64,000 bases of DNA from Candidatus Poribacteria bacterium (GCA_965205015.1 OZ242029.1:736001-800000); one strand, 5' to 3'; counted from the stretch's first letter, positions 48,236-58,087 are shown. Notes: generated by a model not told the origin, from the letters alone. Translations and numbers: made by a program.

Positions 48236-49333
48236 ATGAGATGCTTACCAACTTATGTGGTATTAGGCACAGTGTTATTGCTAAGTGGATGTTTGCTGTT
48301 CGTAAATGGTTGGGCACACGCCGCGGGAAGCGAATGGCTCTCCTTCACTTCCAACCGAGACGGAATCTTTGATATCTATGTCATGGATATCGATGGCAAG
48401 AACCTCCGCAACGTGACGAACCACCCAGATGACCATTTTGGTCCTTGGGCCACCATATCAGAACCTGCTTACACGTGGTCGCCGGATGGGCGTTTCCTGG
48501 CTTATGTGTCCAAACGAGATCGAGATTGGAGAATCTATGTTATGGACACCAAGACACAGGCGCACTGGAGACTCACAGATCACCGCGAGAGCGAATGGTC
48601 GCCAGCGTGGTCGCCGGATGGAAAATGGATCGCCTTTGTCTCTCATGATAACGAACGTAATTACCAAATCTACAAAACGGATATCAACGGAGCACATCTG
48701 GTCCAGTTGACAGACTTCGGCGGAAATGGTCCCCCCGCTTGGTCTCCCGATGGAAGTCAGATCGCGTTCGTCTCTGACTCCCACAAGAAAGGGGTTAAGA
48801 AGGACGGACTCTATGTAATGAATACCGATGGCAGAAGGTTGAGACAGGTTCTTGATAGGAACAGAGGTAGATTTGGTCCTGAATGTGCGTGGTCTCCTGA
48901 CGGAAAACAGATCGCCTTTAGTCTCGACATCCCTCACCTCCAACGCGAGCACCTCTGCGTGATTGACGTGGATGGCAAAAATTTTCGCCAACTCACCCAA
49001 GGGGGTCCCATAAAACCAATGAAAGTAGAAAAACAGAAACCTGCAAAGGGACAACACCCTCCGCCTCCACCTTTCCTTCGCCTTCCGCATGTTGGTTCCC
49101 CGGCGTGGTCGCCGGATGGCAAGCGAATTGCTTACGTCTTTTCAGATACAATATTGTGGCAAACGGCTGATATCTATATTATAGACGTGGAGGGCAACGG
49201 ACACGGCACATCGCTTGTAACGGGTACGAGGCAAGATCTATCTCCTGCGTGGGTACCAGAGGGATTTCTCTCTGTTTCCCCAAGTGCAGAGAAACAGACA
49301 ACACTCTGGGGCAGGCTTAAGCAAGCCAAGTAG
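48236..49333 (+). CDS. secreted TolB-like beta-propeller (PD40 repeats), paralog 1
   Basis: Signal peptide, ~6 PAWSPDG repeats, C-terminal SVSPSAEKQTTLWGRLK. Confidence 0.88.
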   Translation: MRCLPTYVVLGTVLLLSGCLLFVNGWAHAAGSEWLSFTSNRDGIFDIYVMDIDGKNLRNVTNHPDDHFGPWATISEPAYTWSPDGRFLAYVSKRDRDWRIYVMDTKTQAHWRLTDHRESEWSPAWSPDGKWIAFVSHDNERNYQIYKTDINGAHLVQLTDFGGNGPPAWSPDGSQIAFVSDSHKKGVKKDGLYVMNTDGRRLRQVLDRNRGRFGPECAWSPDGKQIAFSLDIPHLQREHLCVIDVDGKNFRQLTQGGPIKPMKVEKQKPAKGQHPPPPPFLRLPHVGSPAWSPDGKRIAYVFSDTILWQTADIYIIDVEGNGHGTSLVTGTRQDLSPAWVPEGFLSVSPSAEKQTTLWGRLKQAK

Positions 49334-49362
49334 CTGCCACATTAGAGGACGGATTTGTCCAT

Positions 49363-50475
49363 ATGAAATGCATACGAAATTACGTGGTATTAGGAATGAC
49401 GTTTTTGCTAAGTGGATGTCTGCTGTTCATAGACAACTGGGCAGACGCTGCTAACAGCAAGTGGATCTCCTTCGCTTCCGATCGAACAGGGAACTTTGAT
49501 ATCTATATTACGGACATTGACGGCAAAAACCTCCGCAACTTGACAAACCACCCAGCACGTGAAGTGGAGCCGGCGTGGTCCCCTGATGGACGTTTCTTGG
49601 CTTACGTCTCCAACCGAGATGGAGATTTTAAGATCTATGTCATGGACACAAGGACAGGAGAACACCGACGACTCACAGACCACCATGAGCAAGAATGGGC
49701 ACCGGCGTGGTCGCCGGATGGAAAATGGATCGCCTTTGTTTCCCGTAGCGATGAAATTATTCCACCGGCCAAATTCAAAATAACGAGCCACATCTACAGA
49801 ATAGATGCCAACGGTGCAAATCTGGTGCAGTTGACAGACCAAGGGAAAAACCTCCGACCCGCATGGTCACCCGATAGCAAACAGATTGCGTTCGTGTCTT
49901 ATCATCGGGGTAAAGACAGGAAAGGGCTCTACATAATGGATGCCGATGGGAGAAAGCTGAGACGCGTTAATGACCAACAGGTACAAGCACTTAATGGGAT
50001 ATTTCAAAACGCGTGTGCTTGGTCCCCCGATGGTAAACAGATCGCTTTCAGTATTGTAGTTCCCAAGGATGATCGCATGCACTTGTGTGTGATTGACGCA
50101 GATGGCAAAAATTTTCACCAACTCACCCAAGGGGGTCCCATAGAAAAACCAGCAATAGAAATACAATTAAACCCAGTAATAGCAGGAAAACAACTGCTAC
50201 TGCCCTTTCCACTTCCCCAGATTGGTTCCCCAGCGTGGTCACCCGATGGCAAATGGATTGCCTACACTTTTTCAGATACAATAGCCTGGCAAACCGCTGA
50301 CATCTATATTATAGACGCCGAGGGCAACGGACGCGGAACGCCGCTTGTAAAGGATGCGGGACGAAATTTATTTCCTGCGTGGGTGCCGGAGGGATTTCTC
50401 TCTATATCACCAAGTGTGGAGAAGCAAACAACGCTTTGGGGGAAACTCAAGCAAATGGAAGGCACTTCCAAGTAG
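49363..50475 (+). CDS. secreted TolB-like beta-propeller (PD40 repeats), paralog 2
   Basis: Same architecture; C-terminal SISPSVEKQTTLWGKLK. Confidence 0.88.
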   Translation: MKCIRNYVVLGMTFLLSGCLLFIDNWADAANSKWISFASDRTGNFDIYITDIDGKNLRNLTNHPAREVEPAWSPDGRFLAYVSNRDGDFKIYVMDTRTGEHRRLTDHHEQEWAPAWSPDGKWIAFVSRSDEIIPPAKFKITSHIYRIDANGANLVQLTDQGKNLRPAWSPDSKQIAFVSYHRGKDRKGLYIMDADGRKLRRVNDQQVQALNGIFQNACAWSPDGKQIAFSIVVPKDDRMHLCVIDADGKNFHQLTQGGPIEKPAIEIQLNPVIAGKQLLLPFPLPQIGSPAWSPDGKWIAYTFSDTIAWQTADIYIIDAEGNGRGTPLVKDAGRNLFPAWVPEGFLSISPSVEKQTTLWGKLKQMEGTSK

Positions 50476-50504
50476 ATGCCATATTATAGAAAGGATATGT
50501 TGAC

Positions 50505-51515
50505 ATGAAACGCATACGAACTTACGTGGTGTTAGGAATGACATTGTTGCTGTCTGTCAGTAACGGATGGACGATTGAGAGGGAGATCCTTTCTTTTCTC
50601 CCCAGAAAAGGCGGAGACCGTTCTATCTATCTCGTAAACACCGGTGGACAGCTCCTTGAAACGCCACGATTGATAGTAGGTCCGGGACGTATAGGTACTT
50701 TCAGCTGGTCTCCCAATGGACGCTCAGTTACCTACGGCTCTAATCAGGATGGAGACCCTGATATTTATGTGGCGGATGTAAGAACAAATACACAACGTCA
50801 ATTGACCTTTGACGGTAACAGAGATATTTGGCCCGCGTGGTCCCCGAATGGGAAATGGATTGCGTTCATCTCAGACCGTGTCGGGGAGATGGCTATTTAT
50901 AGAATGGACGCCGATGGCGAAAATTTGATGCGACTGACGAATCAAGGGCACTGCAGCAGACCGGTTTGGTCGCCAGATAGTCAACGGATCGCCTTCACTT
51001 CAAACAAAGTAGATAATAATTCCCTTTATGTGATGACCGCTGCGGGTAGAGGGGTAAGGCACCTCGCGAAGGCATCTTCTGGTGGATGCACATGGTCACC
51101 CGACGGTAAAGAGATTGCTTTTATTGCTCCGGGAGATGTCCGTGGAAGTGTCGCTCTTTTCAGTATTAACGTTGACAGAAAAAAACAGCGCCAACTTACC
51201 CAATTGTATAAAGATTTCACACGCATCTCCCAACCTGCGTGGTCCCCGAGCGGGAAATGGATTGCCTATACTTTGACAGAATTGCCGATAGATTTGCTCA
51301 GACAGGGGCCGGTTCCAGTGGATGTGGTTTTTGCGAAGTCGGTCATCCATCTCGCAAATACAGCAAATAATAGGGACGGGAGACCTCTCGAAGAGACAAG
51401 CGGATTGGTGAGTGCGGCTGCTCTTGAGTGGGTGCCGGAGGGGTTTCTCTCTGTATCTCCAAGTGCGGAGAAACTGATGACCCTCTGGGGGGAACTCAAG
51501 CAGAGCGAGAAGTGA
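50505..51515 (+). CDS. secreted TolB-like beta-propeller (PD40 repeats), paralog 3
   Basis: Same architecture; C-terminal SVSPSAEKLMTLWGELK. Confidence 0.88.
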   Translation: MKRIRTYVVLGMTLLLSVSNGWTIEREILSFLPRKGGDRSIYLVNTGGQLLETPRLIVGPGRIGTFSWSPNGRSVTYGSNQDGDPDIYVADVRTNTQRQLTFDGNRDIWPAWSPNGKWIAFISDRVGEMAIYRMDADGENLMRLTNQGHCSRPVWSPDSQRIAFTSNKVDNNSLYVMTAAGRGVRHLAKASSGGCTWSPDGKEIAFIAPGDVRGSVALFSINVDRKKQRQLTQLYKDFTRISQPAWSPSGKWIAYTLTELPIDLLRQGPVPVDVVFAKSVIHLANTANNRDGRPLEETSGLVSAAALEWVPEGFLSVSPSAEKLMTLWGELKQSEK

Positions 51516-51533
51516 AAACTGCGGAGAAAATTA

Positions 51534-52376
51534 ATGCATACCATCCATTCCACTTTGACGGCAGCGGAGAAGTGGTATTTCGATTTACACGGCTTTCTCG
51601 TCTTACGGAATGTTATCCCAAAAGACGCAATTGCAGAGATGTTAGATGTGCTTCGGTATTGGTTGACAATTGATGATGCCGACATCCCACCACCGCTGGA
51701 CCGCGGACGACAGGAGCCTTGTAAGACACACATCGGACATATCCAGTATGGGCATCGTCTTTTTGAAGACCTTGCAATGAATCCTGACATTATGCGAGTT
51801 GTGGCGGGATTGACAATGAATGCCCCACGCCTGTTTCATTGCAACTTCACGATGATGACGAAACACGATGCCCCGCAACACTTCCATCGTGACGACAGCG
51901 GTTTCAAATTCCCACCCGGGTTTCGCAACCCACACAACGATTATCAAGCCGCCGCTGGACACATCTATTGCAGCCACATTGCGACGTGGGTCGCGCTTGT
52001 AGATGTGCCACCCGGAACCGGTTTTTGTCTTGTCCCCGGCAGCCACAAATCCCTGTTTCAGACCCCAGAGAATCTGCCCGTGAAGCACGATCCTCCGACT
52101 TCAATCACACTTCCGATGGCAGCAGGCGACGTGGCGATCTTCTCCACAAATCTGCTCCACGATGCGAGTCCATGGACAGAGGATTACCCACGGATGAATA
52201 TCTTCCAACGCTACCAACTGAGTGCCTATTTCAATGAGACCGGAAAGGGTGGATACCCACTCGATGAACATCGTGATAAAATTTCAGATGCACAATATGA
52301 ATTAGAATCGTTATCAAAAGAGGTGAAAGCGGCAGTGAAACCCGTTTTACCCAATGGAGGAAAAGAATGCGTTTAG
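51534..52376 (+). CDS. phytanoyl-CoA dioxygenase (PhyH) family protein
   Basis: FDLHGFLVL, HRD (HxD), LVPGSHK, AGDVAIF...LLH. Confidence 0.88.
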   Translation: MHTIHSTLTAAEKWYFDLHGFLVLRNVIPKDAIAEMLDVLRYWLTIDDADIPPPLDRGRQEPCKTHIGHIQYGHRLFEDLAMNPDIMRVVAGLTMNAPRLFHCNFTMMTKHDAPQHFHRDDSGFKFPPGFRNPHNDYQAAAGHIYCSHIATWVALVDVPPGTGFCLVPGSHKSLFQTPENLPVKHDPPTSITLPMAAGDVAIFSTNLLHDASPWTEDYPRMNIFQRYQLSAYFNETGKGGYPLDEHRDKISDAQYELESLSKEVKAAVKPVLPNGGKECV

Positions 52377-53128
52377 AAGGAAATGTCTGTATTATTACGG
52401 GGGGTGGCAGCGGTATAGGGCGCGGAGCCGCCCTTTCAATGGCACAAGAAGGCGCCACGGTCGTCCTTATCGGTAGAACAGCATCGAAGTTAGAATCCGT
52501 TAAAGCTGAAGTGGCAGCAGTGGGTGGGACAGCGGTGCGTTACGCACTGGATGTCGCTGACTACGATGGTGTCGAACAGATGGCTGCGGATGTGCTTGAG
52601 AAGTTCGGGCGGATCGATGTGCTTGTAAACAACGCCGGACACAGTTCGCATCACCGGCGACTCCTCAATACGCCCCCTGAGGAGATGCGTTCGGTGATCG
52701 ATTCCAATCTGATCGGCACATTTTTCTGCACGAAAGCGGTCGTACCAGCGATGCTCGAAGCGAAATCGGGAACGATTATCAATATCTCGTCGCTCGCGGC
52801 GGTCACCCCGGGTCCGTTTAGCGGTTTTGCTTACGGCGCAGCGAAGGCAGCGGTTATCAATTTCACGGAATTCCTCAACGCCGATCTACGGAACACAGGT
52901 ATCCGAGCAAGCGTCGTTGTCCCGGGTGAGGTGGCAACACCGATTCTGGACAAACGTCCGGTTCCGCCGGACGCTGCCGCCCGCGCCACGATGGTGGATG
53001 TCGATGAGACGTCAGCGGCGATCCTGCTGATTGCGACGCTACCACAGCGGAGTAACATCCCGGAATTAGTCATCCGTCCGACGATGCACCGCAATATGAC
53101 AGGTGAAATCGTCGAACTGGACGATTGA
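52367..53128 (+). CDS. short-chain dehydrogenase/reductase
   Basis: TGGGSGIG, NNAG and YGAAK motifs. Confidence 0.93.
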   Translation: MRLEGNVCIITGGGSGIGRGAALSMAQEGATVVLIGRTASKLESVKAEVAAVGGTAVRYALDVADYDGVEQMAADVLEKFGRIDVLVNNAGHSSHHRRLLNTPPEEMRSVIDSNLIGTFFCTKAVVPAMLEAKSGTIINISSLAAVTPGPFSGFAYGAAKAAVINFTEFLNADLRNTGIRASVVVPGEVATPILDKRPVPPDAAARATMVDVDETSAAILLIATLPQRSNIPELVIRPTMHRNMTGEIVELDD

Positions 53129-53152
53129 TATTTCTGTACTTGCTGAGTTCGG

Positions 53153-54181
53153 TTAGCGGTAGATTGAGGTCTCAGGATAGTAGCGCGCCCACGCGAACCA
53201 ATAGATATTGACAGCAGGTAGTCGTTCTAAACGGGTTCCCTCATCTTTACCCGATATCGCTGCACCTGTAACGAGATTCCAACGCGCCCCTGTGTTGTCC
53301 TCTACAAAGTATCGATCTTGTGGCGTAAAGGTTCGTGCGTCCGCTGCGACATTTCGTTTGAAGACTGCCGTTGCGAACGACGTTTTATCGTGAAAGATGA
53401 GCAGCGGGACCCCGCCAAGTGTATCGTTGATAACGGCAGTTTCCGTAAAGTGTGTCAACGGATACGCCCGAAACTGCGTGTTCCCATCCTTTTTCTGTAC
53501 CTGAACGCCGATGACGAGGGATTTATTCGGTAACCTGTCATCGGTGTAGTCCATTCCGCTGACACCTGCGCGCTGGCTGGCGTGATAATCGGCGTAGACA
53601 TCCTGACTGCGATTCTCGCGCATCCCGCCTCTGGTCGGCACGGACAACACGCGCGTGTTCGGATAATTCAGCTGCCATGCTTTCCAAGCGATCTGTGGCA
53701 TAGAGGCGAGTGGTTTCAATCGCTTACCCGTGAGGGGTCCCTTTATCGCCTCCCCGGTGATATGTGACCAAAGGGAACGGGTCTGATGGTCATACATCAA
53801 CAGTGCATCCCGCCACAATTTACCGCTAACACCAAACGTATAGGTCTTCCCGTCAAGTTCCCGACTATACACGATAGCCGTTTTACAGAGCGGTCACCAC
53901 GTCGTGGCGATGTTCATTCCACCGACAACGTCGTTAACGATCTCGTGTCCGTTCAGCAGATAGAGCGAATAGGCATGGCTTTCGTCGTTGAAGGTTACGC
54001 CAATGACGGGGGCATCCGCGTCTAATTTTGCGTCGTTAGCCGATACGAATTGCGGATCGGTGATAGCCGGAATGGCATCGAAAGGCAATAGCGTTCGGAT
54101 TGCGTCGTCCGTATAATCTGCAGCGGTCGCACAGAGCGTAACGAAAAGTAGTAGTATGAAAATGGGGGTATAGTGTTTCAT
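53153..54181 (-). CDS. DUF3179 family selenoprotein (Sec UGA 53894-53896, residue 96; UxxC), exported; 342 aa
   Basis: ORFs 53894..54181 and 53153..53872 are in frame. Readthrough gives HEIVNDVVGG...ATTW-U-PLCKTAIVYSR...FGVSGKL...LMYDHQTRSLWS, with UGA at the first Cys of the family's CPLC motif. Signal peptide present. Confidence 0.88.
53862..53896 (-). promoter_or_regulatory. putative bacterial SECIS element of the DUF3179 gene
   Basis: UGA-N13-CGGCUAU-CGUGU-AUAGUCG: 7-bp stem (one G-U pair), G at loop position 2. Confidence 0.65.
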
Positions 54182-54237
54182 GACCTTGCTTTAGTGTAGC
54201 CTCGGTGGGTATGTTAGGGAATTAAATTGAACATCGG

Positions 54238-54942
54238 TCATTTGTCAAGGGTGCTTTCATGTGCATCATCAAGGGCCAGATTAAGTTCACGTAGTTTCAC
54301 AGCTACGGAGGTTATCAAGCCATCAGGATCAGATTTATTCCACTTTAGATAGACTAAGAGGGTTTCAAGGCATATTTGCGTCAATTGATATCCCAAGTTC
54401 GGATTGGGTTTATCAAGCCTCAAGTCAGGTACGTAAGAGTCGCCCCTTTGGATGAGATAAGATGAATGAATATCCTCCCAGTTTCTATAAACACAATCCG
54501 ACACATGCTTTTTCGCTTTGTCTTGCAATTCGCGAAACGTCTTTAGCTCAGACAGATGTAAAGTTGAAACGGAGTTGTGGTGGGCCTGCTTGCTTGCCAT
54601 GATAAGGGCCTCTATGTTTCTCGTAACTTCAAGGATAGGAGGGAAAAAGAGGCGAGTGAGTTCTGGTTGAGCCCCACAAATCTGGATGAGTGCGCCTTCG
54701 TATAATTTTGTGAGTTGAACCATGTACCCCACAATTATTGCCTTAGACTTGGCATACCCTCTGTTAGCTGTTTCTGCGTCCGGTGCCGAGGCGATGCCTA
54801 CCCTGAGCAGGTACAAACACCGATTCATAACCTCAGCAGCGAATCTCATGCGCTCAGCATTCGTCTTGAATTCAGCGGGCGGCGGCAAATTGAAGTCAAT
54901 CCACGCTTTCATATTTGTAAGTTTCTGAATGATCTTATCCAT
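54238..54942 (-). CDS. hypothetical helical protein
   Basis: 234-aa ORF with GAGGA RBS; no recognisable catalytic motif. Confidence 0.6.
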   Translation of the reverse strand: MDKIIQKLTNMKAWIDFNLPPPAEFKTNAERMRFAAEVMNRCLYLLRVGIASAPDAETANRGYAKSKAIIVGYMVQLTKLYEGALIQICGAQPELTRLFFPPILEVTRNIEALIMASKQAHHNSVSTLHLSELKTFRELQDKAKKHVSDCVYRNWEDIHSSYLIQRGDSYVPDLRLDKPNPNLGYQLTQICLETLLVYLKWNKSDPDGLITSVAVKLRELNLALDDAHESTLDK

Positions 54943-54999
54943 ACAATCCTCTACAGTGGATGGTTTCCATCCGGGTGAGGCGTTGACTATGTCAAGCAG

Positions 55000-55323
55000 T
55001 CAATCCACAGTAAGTTGTCCAGAGATAGAGTCAACCTCCGTCTGCATTGGTTCGTGGTGAAGCACCATGAGTTGAGAGGCACGTAAACTCAGAAATTGGT
55101 ATGCCTGTCCATTGCGGTCGCTGAATTCGACCTCAAACGCGTCATCATTTGAAAAGACATGAACCACCGTACCCACTTCTCCACGCCTTAAATTGTGTTC
55201 AGGGAAGTCTTGCGTGATAGCGACGATGTCAAGAAGTTCAATCTTTCCAACTGCTTCAGACCGTGGATTGTGTTCAGGCAAATCATCTATTTGTGTAACA
55301 AGATCAAAGAATTTTATTTTCAC
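55000..55323 (-). CDS. DUF4926 domain protein
   Basis: IELLDIVAITQD.PEHNLRRGEVGTVV...AFEVEFSDRNG; N-terminal KIKFFDLV...DLPEHN looks like a partial internal duplication. Confidence 0.82.
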   Translation of the reverse strand: MKIKFFDLVTQIDDLPEHNPRSEAVGKIELLDIVAITQDFPEHNLRRGEVGTVVHVFSNDDAFEVEFSDRNGQAYQFLSLRASQLMVLHHEPMQTEVDSISGQLTVD

Positions 55324-55343
55324 AGTTTATACTCCGCTGAATT

Positions 55344-55676
55344 TTATAGTGGATAGGCAGTTACCAATCTCGGAATTTCAGATCCCCGATCAATGATCCA
55401 ACCACTCCGAATTGTCGCTTGTCTGCCATGCCACTTGAGCGTAAAATCAACAGTATAGCGTTGTCCATAAACATCATTTTTTCCCAATTGTGCGTTGTCT
55501 GTCTGGACTGCTTGCAGCAATGCCTCACGTAATTCTTCCGCGTTATCAACCCTCATACCGATTTTAACGTAAAATTGGTGTGCTTTGTGTTTTCCCTCCT
55601 CATTTTGAGGATTGAGACAATACTCCCGCAGTTTGCGAATATCCACGATAGCCCGTTCTGCATTCGGTATTTTCAT
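55344..55676 (-). CDS. DUF6883 domain protein (putative toxin-like nuclease)
   Basis: MKIPNAERAIVD..KL..YCLNP..GKHKA...YGQRY...SGWII...PRLVTAY. Confidence 0.8.
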   Translation of the reverse strand: MKIPNAERAIVDIRKLREYCLNPQNEEGKHKAHQFYVKIGMRVDNAEELREALLQAVQTDNAQLGKNDVYGQRYTVDFTLKWHGRQATIRSGWIIDRGSEIPRLVTAYPL

Positions 55677-55850
55677 GAAATTTGTTATACAATGCCTACC
55701 AATCTCACATGGATATCAAAGTTTCCTATATTTACTTCCTTTGTGTAAAGCATTAACAGGGCGATTAGAAATCTGTTGGATCTGTCCAATTTGGTATATT
55801 ATACCAGATTTACCGAGTATTATCCAGTTATTTTTTGATTCCTTTAAAAG

Positions 55851-55879
55851 TTGGCGTAAAATCGGAGACGTGCTATAAT
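55851..55879 (+). promoter_or_regulatory. sigma70 promoter of the M42 peptidase gene
   Basis: TTGGCG-17-TATAAT with TG extension. Confidence 0.6.
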
Positions 55880-55918
55880 ACTTCTAAATAATAGAACAAT
55901 CACCAAAGGAACGCATAG

Positions 55919-56989
55919 ATGAACGAAACATCAATTGAACTCCTCAAATCATTGACACAAGCAGATGGAATCCCCGGTTACGAAACGGAAGTCCGTGAGA
56001 TTTTTCGTGAGACTGTCTCCGGTGTGGGTCCAATCGGAACGGACAGATTAGGGAGTATCTTCTGCACACGCGCTGGAAACGCTGAACAGCCCCGTATCTT
56101 GCTGGATTCACATTTAGACGAGATCGGTTTTGTTGTGCAGAGTGTGACAGACAATGGATTCGTCAAGTTTCTGCCGCTCGGTGGATGGTGGGCACATACG
56201 CTTTTAGCACAACGCGTTACCATCACAACGAAGTTGGGGAAAGTGCCGGGCGTGGTCGGTTCTACACCGCCGCATCTGCTCTCAGGATCCCGTGATAAAG
56301 TCTTAGATATGAAAGACCTCTTTATTGACATCGGTGCGGAGAGCGAAGAACAGGCGGCTGAGGAATTTGGTGTATTACCGGGATGCCCAATTGCCCCTTA
56401 TGGTCCCTTTATGCCCTTGAAAAATAGCAAATTGTTTTCTGCCAAAGCGTTCGATAATCGTGTCGGTGTTGCGGTTGTAATTGAGGCACTCCTGAAGCTT
56501 GATGAACATCCAAATACCGTTATTGGGGCAGGGAGTGTGCAAGAAGAGGTAGGGTTGCGAGGCGCGAGGACGGTCGCGGCAAGTGTGGAACCCGATCTCG
56601 CAATTGTGCTTGAGGGACCACCCGCCGATGATACGCCAGGATTAAGCGTCGGCGCGACACAAGGGAAACTTGGCGGCGGTGTACAAATTCGGATAATCGA
56701 TTCCTCAATGATTGTCAATCCGAAGTTAGCTGACTTTGCTATTGAGACAGCAAAGAAACATGAAATACCGTACCAACTCGGTGTGCGCCAATCCGGTGGA
56801 ACGGATGGCGGCGCAATTCATCAATCCGGCAGAGGGGTGCCGTCCGTTGTGCTTGGGGTGCCGTCCCGTTATATCCACAGCCATGTCTCGATCATTAACA
56901 GTGATGACTACACCGCAGCGTTGGATTTGACGATGCACCTTGTGCGTGAGATTGATACATCTGTTCTGCAAGGATTTCTATTCGATTAG
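55919..56989 (+). CDS. M42 family aminopeptidase
   Basis: SHLDEIG, KAFDNR, VQEEVGLRGA, GGTDG and RYIHS. Confidence 0.93.
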   Translation: MNETSIELLKSLTQADGIPGYETEVREIFRETVSGVGPIGTDRLGSIFCTRAGNAEQPRILLDSHLDEIGFVVQSVTDNGFVKFLPLGGWWAHTLLAQRVTITTKLGKVPGVVGSTPPHLLSGSRDKVLDMKDLFIDIGAESEEQAAEEFGVLPGCPIAPYGPFMPLKNSKLFSAKAFDNRVGVAVVIEALLKLDEHPNTVIGAGSVQEEVGLRGARTVAASVEPDLAIVLEGPPADDTPGLSVGATQGKLGGGVQIRIIDSSMIVNPKLADFAIETAKKHEIPYQLGVRQSGGTDGGAIHQSGRGVPSVVLGVPSRYIHSHVSIINSDDYTAALDLTMHLVREIDTSVLQGFLFD

Positions 56990-57029
56990 GCACATTTTAG
57001 CAGCGTATCTCTTGCTTGGAGGGAAAACA

Positions 57030-57869
57030 GTGGAAACCACCTTACCGAAAGTCTCTTTTTGCAATCATCAAATCAGTAAGTTGATAATCGGCGATAACCC
57101 GATTTATGGCTACTCTCACTTCAACCAACTCCTTTCGCAGCACCAAAAGGAATATCACACCCCAGAGCGTGTTGTGGCAACACTCAAACGGGCAGAAAAG
57201 GCTGGACTCAATGCGTGGCAGAATAGTTTAACGGAACGCTCGCTTTCTGACCTGCAGCGGTACCGAAATGAAGGCGGCACATTGAATTGGTTCTGCCTCA
57301 GTCCAGGTGGACTCTGGTATGAGGAACCGGACGCCGTCTTTGAAGCGGCAAAGCACGATCCATTCGGTATGGCACCGCACGGCGGCGGTGTTGGTCACAG
57401 ATGTCTACGCGAAAACAGACTCGATCACCTACAGGACATCCTCAAACGGGTGCGGGATACCGGTGCGCTCGTTGGGTTGTCTGTGCATGATCCGAGACTC
57501 CTACACATCGCTGAAGACGAAGATTGGGATATAGATTACTATATGACAGGACTTTATAACCTTCACGGCGGTGCTGACAAGTTCAGGAAGAAATTCGGTT
57601 ACGCGGCTCTGGGCGAAATCTACGCGCGGGAGGATCGCGATGAAATGTGCCAAGCGATACAACGGACTGAGAAGCCGTGCCTTATCTTCAAAGTGCTTGC
57701 CGCAGGTAGAACCATCGGAAGTCCAGATCAGATTCGGGAAGAGGTGAAATTCGCGATAGAAAATACCAAGTCGATTGATCCGCTTTTGCTCGGTATGTAT
57801 CAACAATTCGGTGATCAGATCGGTCAGAACGCACAGTTGATTACGGAACTCTGTGCGGCAGTGGAATAG
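57030..57869 (+). CDS. aldo/keto-reductase-like TIM barrel protein
   Basis: GTG start with GGAGG RBS; ISKLIIGDNP, GLSVH and FKVLAAGR. Confidence 0.65.
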   Translation: METTLPKVSFCNHQISKLIIGDNPIYGYSHFNQLLSQHQKEYHTPERVVATLKRAEKAGLNAWQNSLTERSLSDLQRYRNEGGTLNWFCLSPGGLWYEEPDAVFEAAKHDPFGMAPHGGGVGHRCLRENRLDHLQDILKRVRDTGALVGLSVHDPRLLHIAEDEDWDIDYYMTGLYNLHGGADKFRKKFGYAALGEIYAREDRDEMCQAIQRTEKPCLIFKVLAAGRTIGSPDQIREEVKFAIENTKSIDPLLLGMYQQFGDQIGQNAQLITELCAAVE

Positions 57870-57964
57870 ATCGTAATATTAGCCATCAGCGGAATAGCAG
57901 TCAGCAGTCAACACAAGAGGGTTTTGCTAAACGAAAACCTCTTAACTGAAAGCCGAAAGCCGAC

Positions 57965-58087
57965 AATTATAGTAAAGTCGAAAAATATGTAGACAGTTGC
58001 TTAGCGAAACAATCCTCTCCGCCGCTGGCGAGGATTGTATCCTCGCCTCTTTAAAGTGTCTAATTAATTCTAAACTTTACTATAATT
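57965..58087. mobile_element. MITE with ~31-bp imperfect terminal inverted repeats (TATAGT ends, IS630/Correia-like)
   Basis: Left AATTATAGTAAAGTcgaaaaatatgTAGACA versus right reverse complement AATTATAGTAAAGTttagaattaatTAGACA; internal palindrome GGCGAGGAT-TGT-ATCCTCGCC. Confidence 0.75.
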
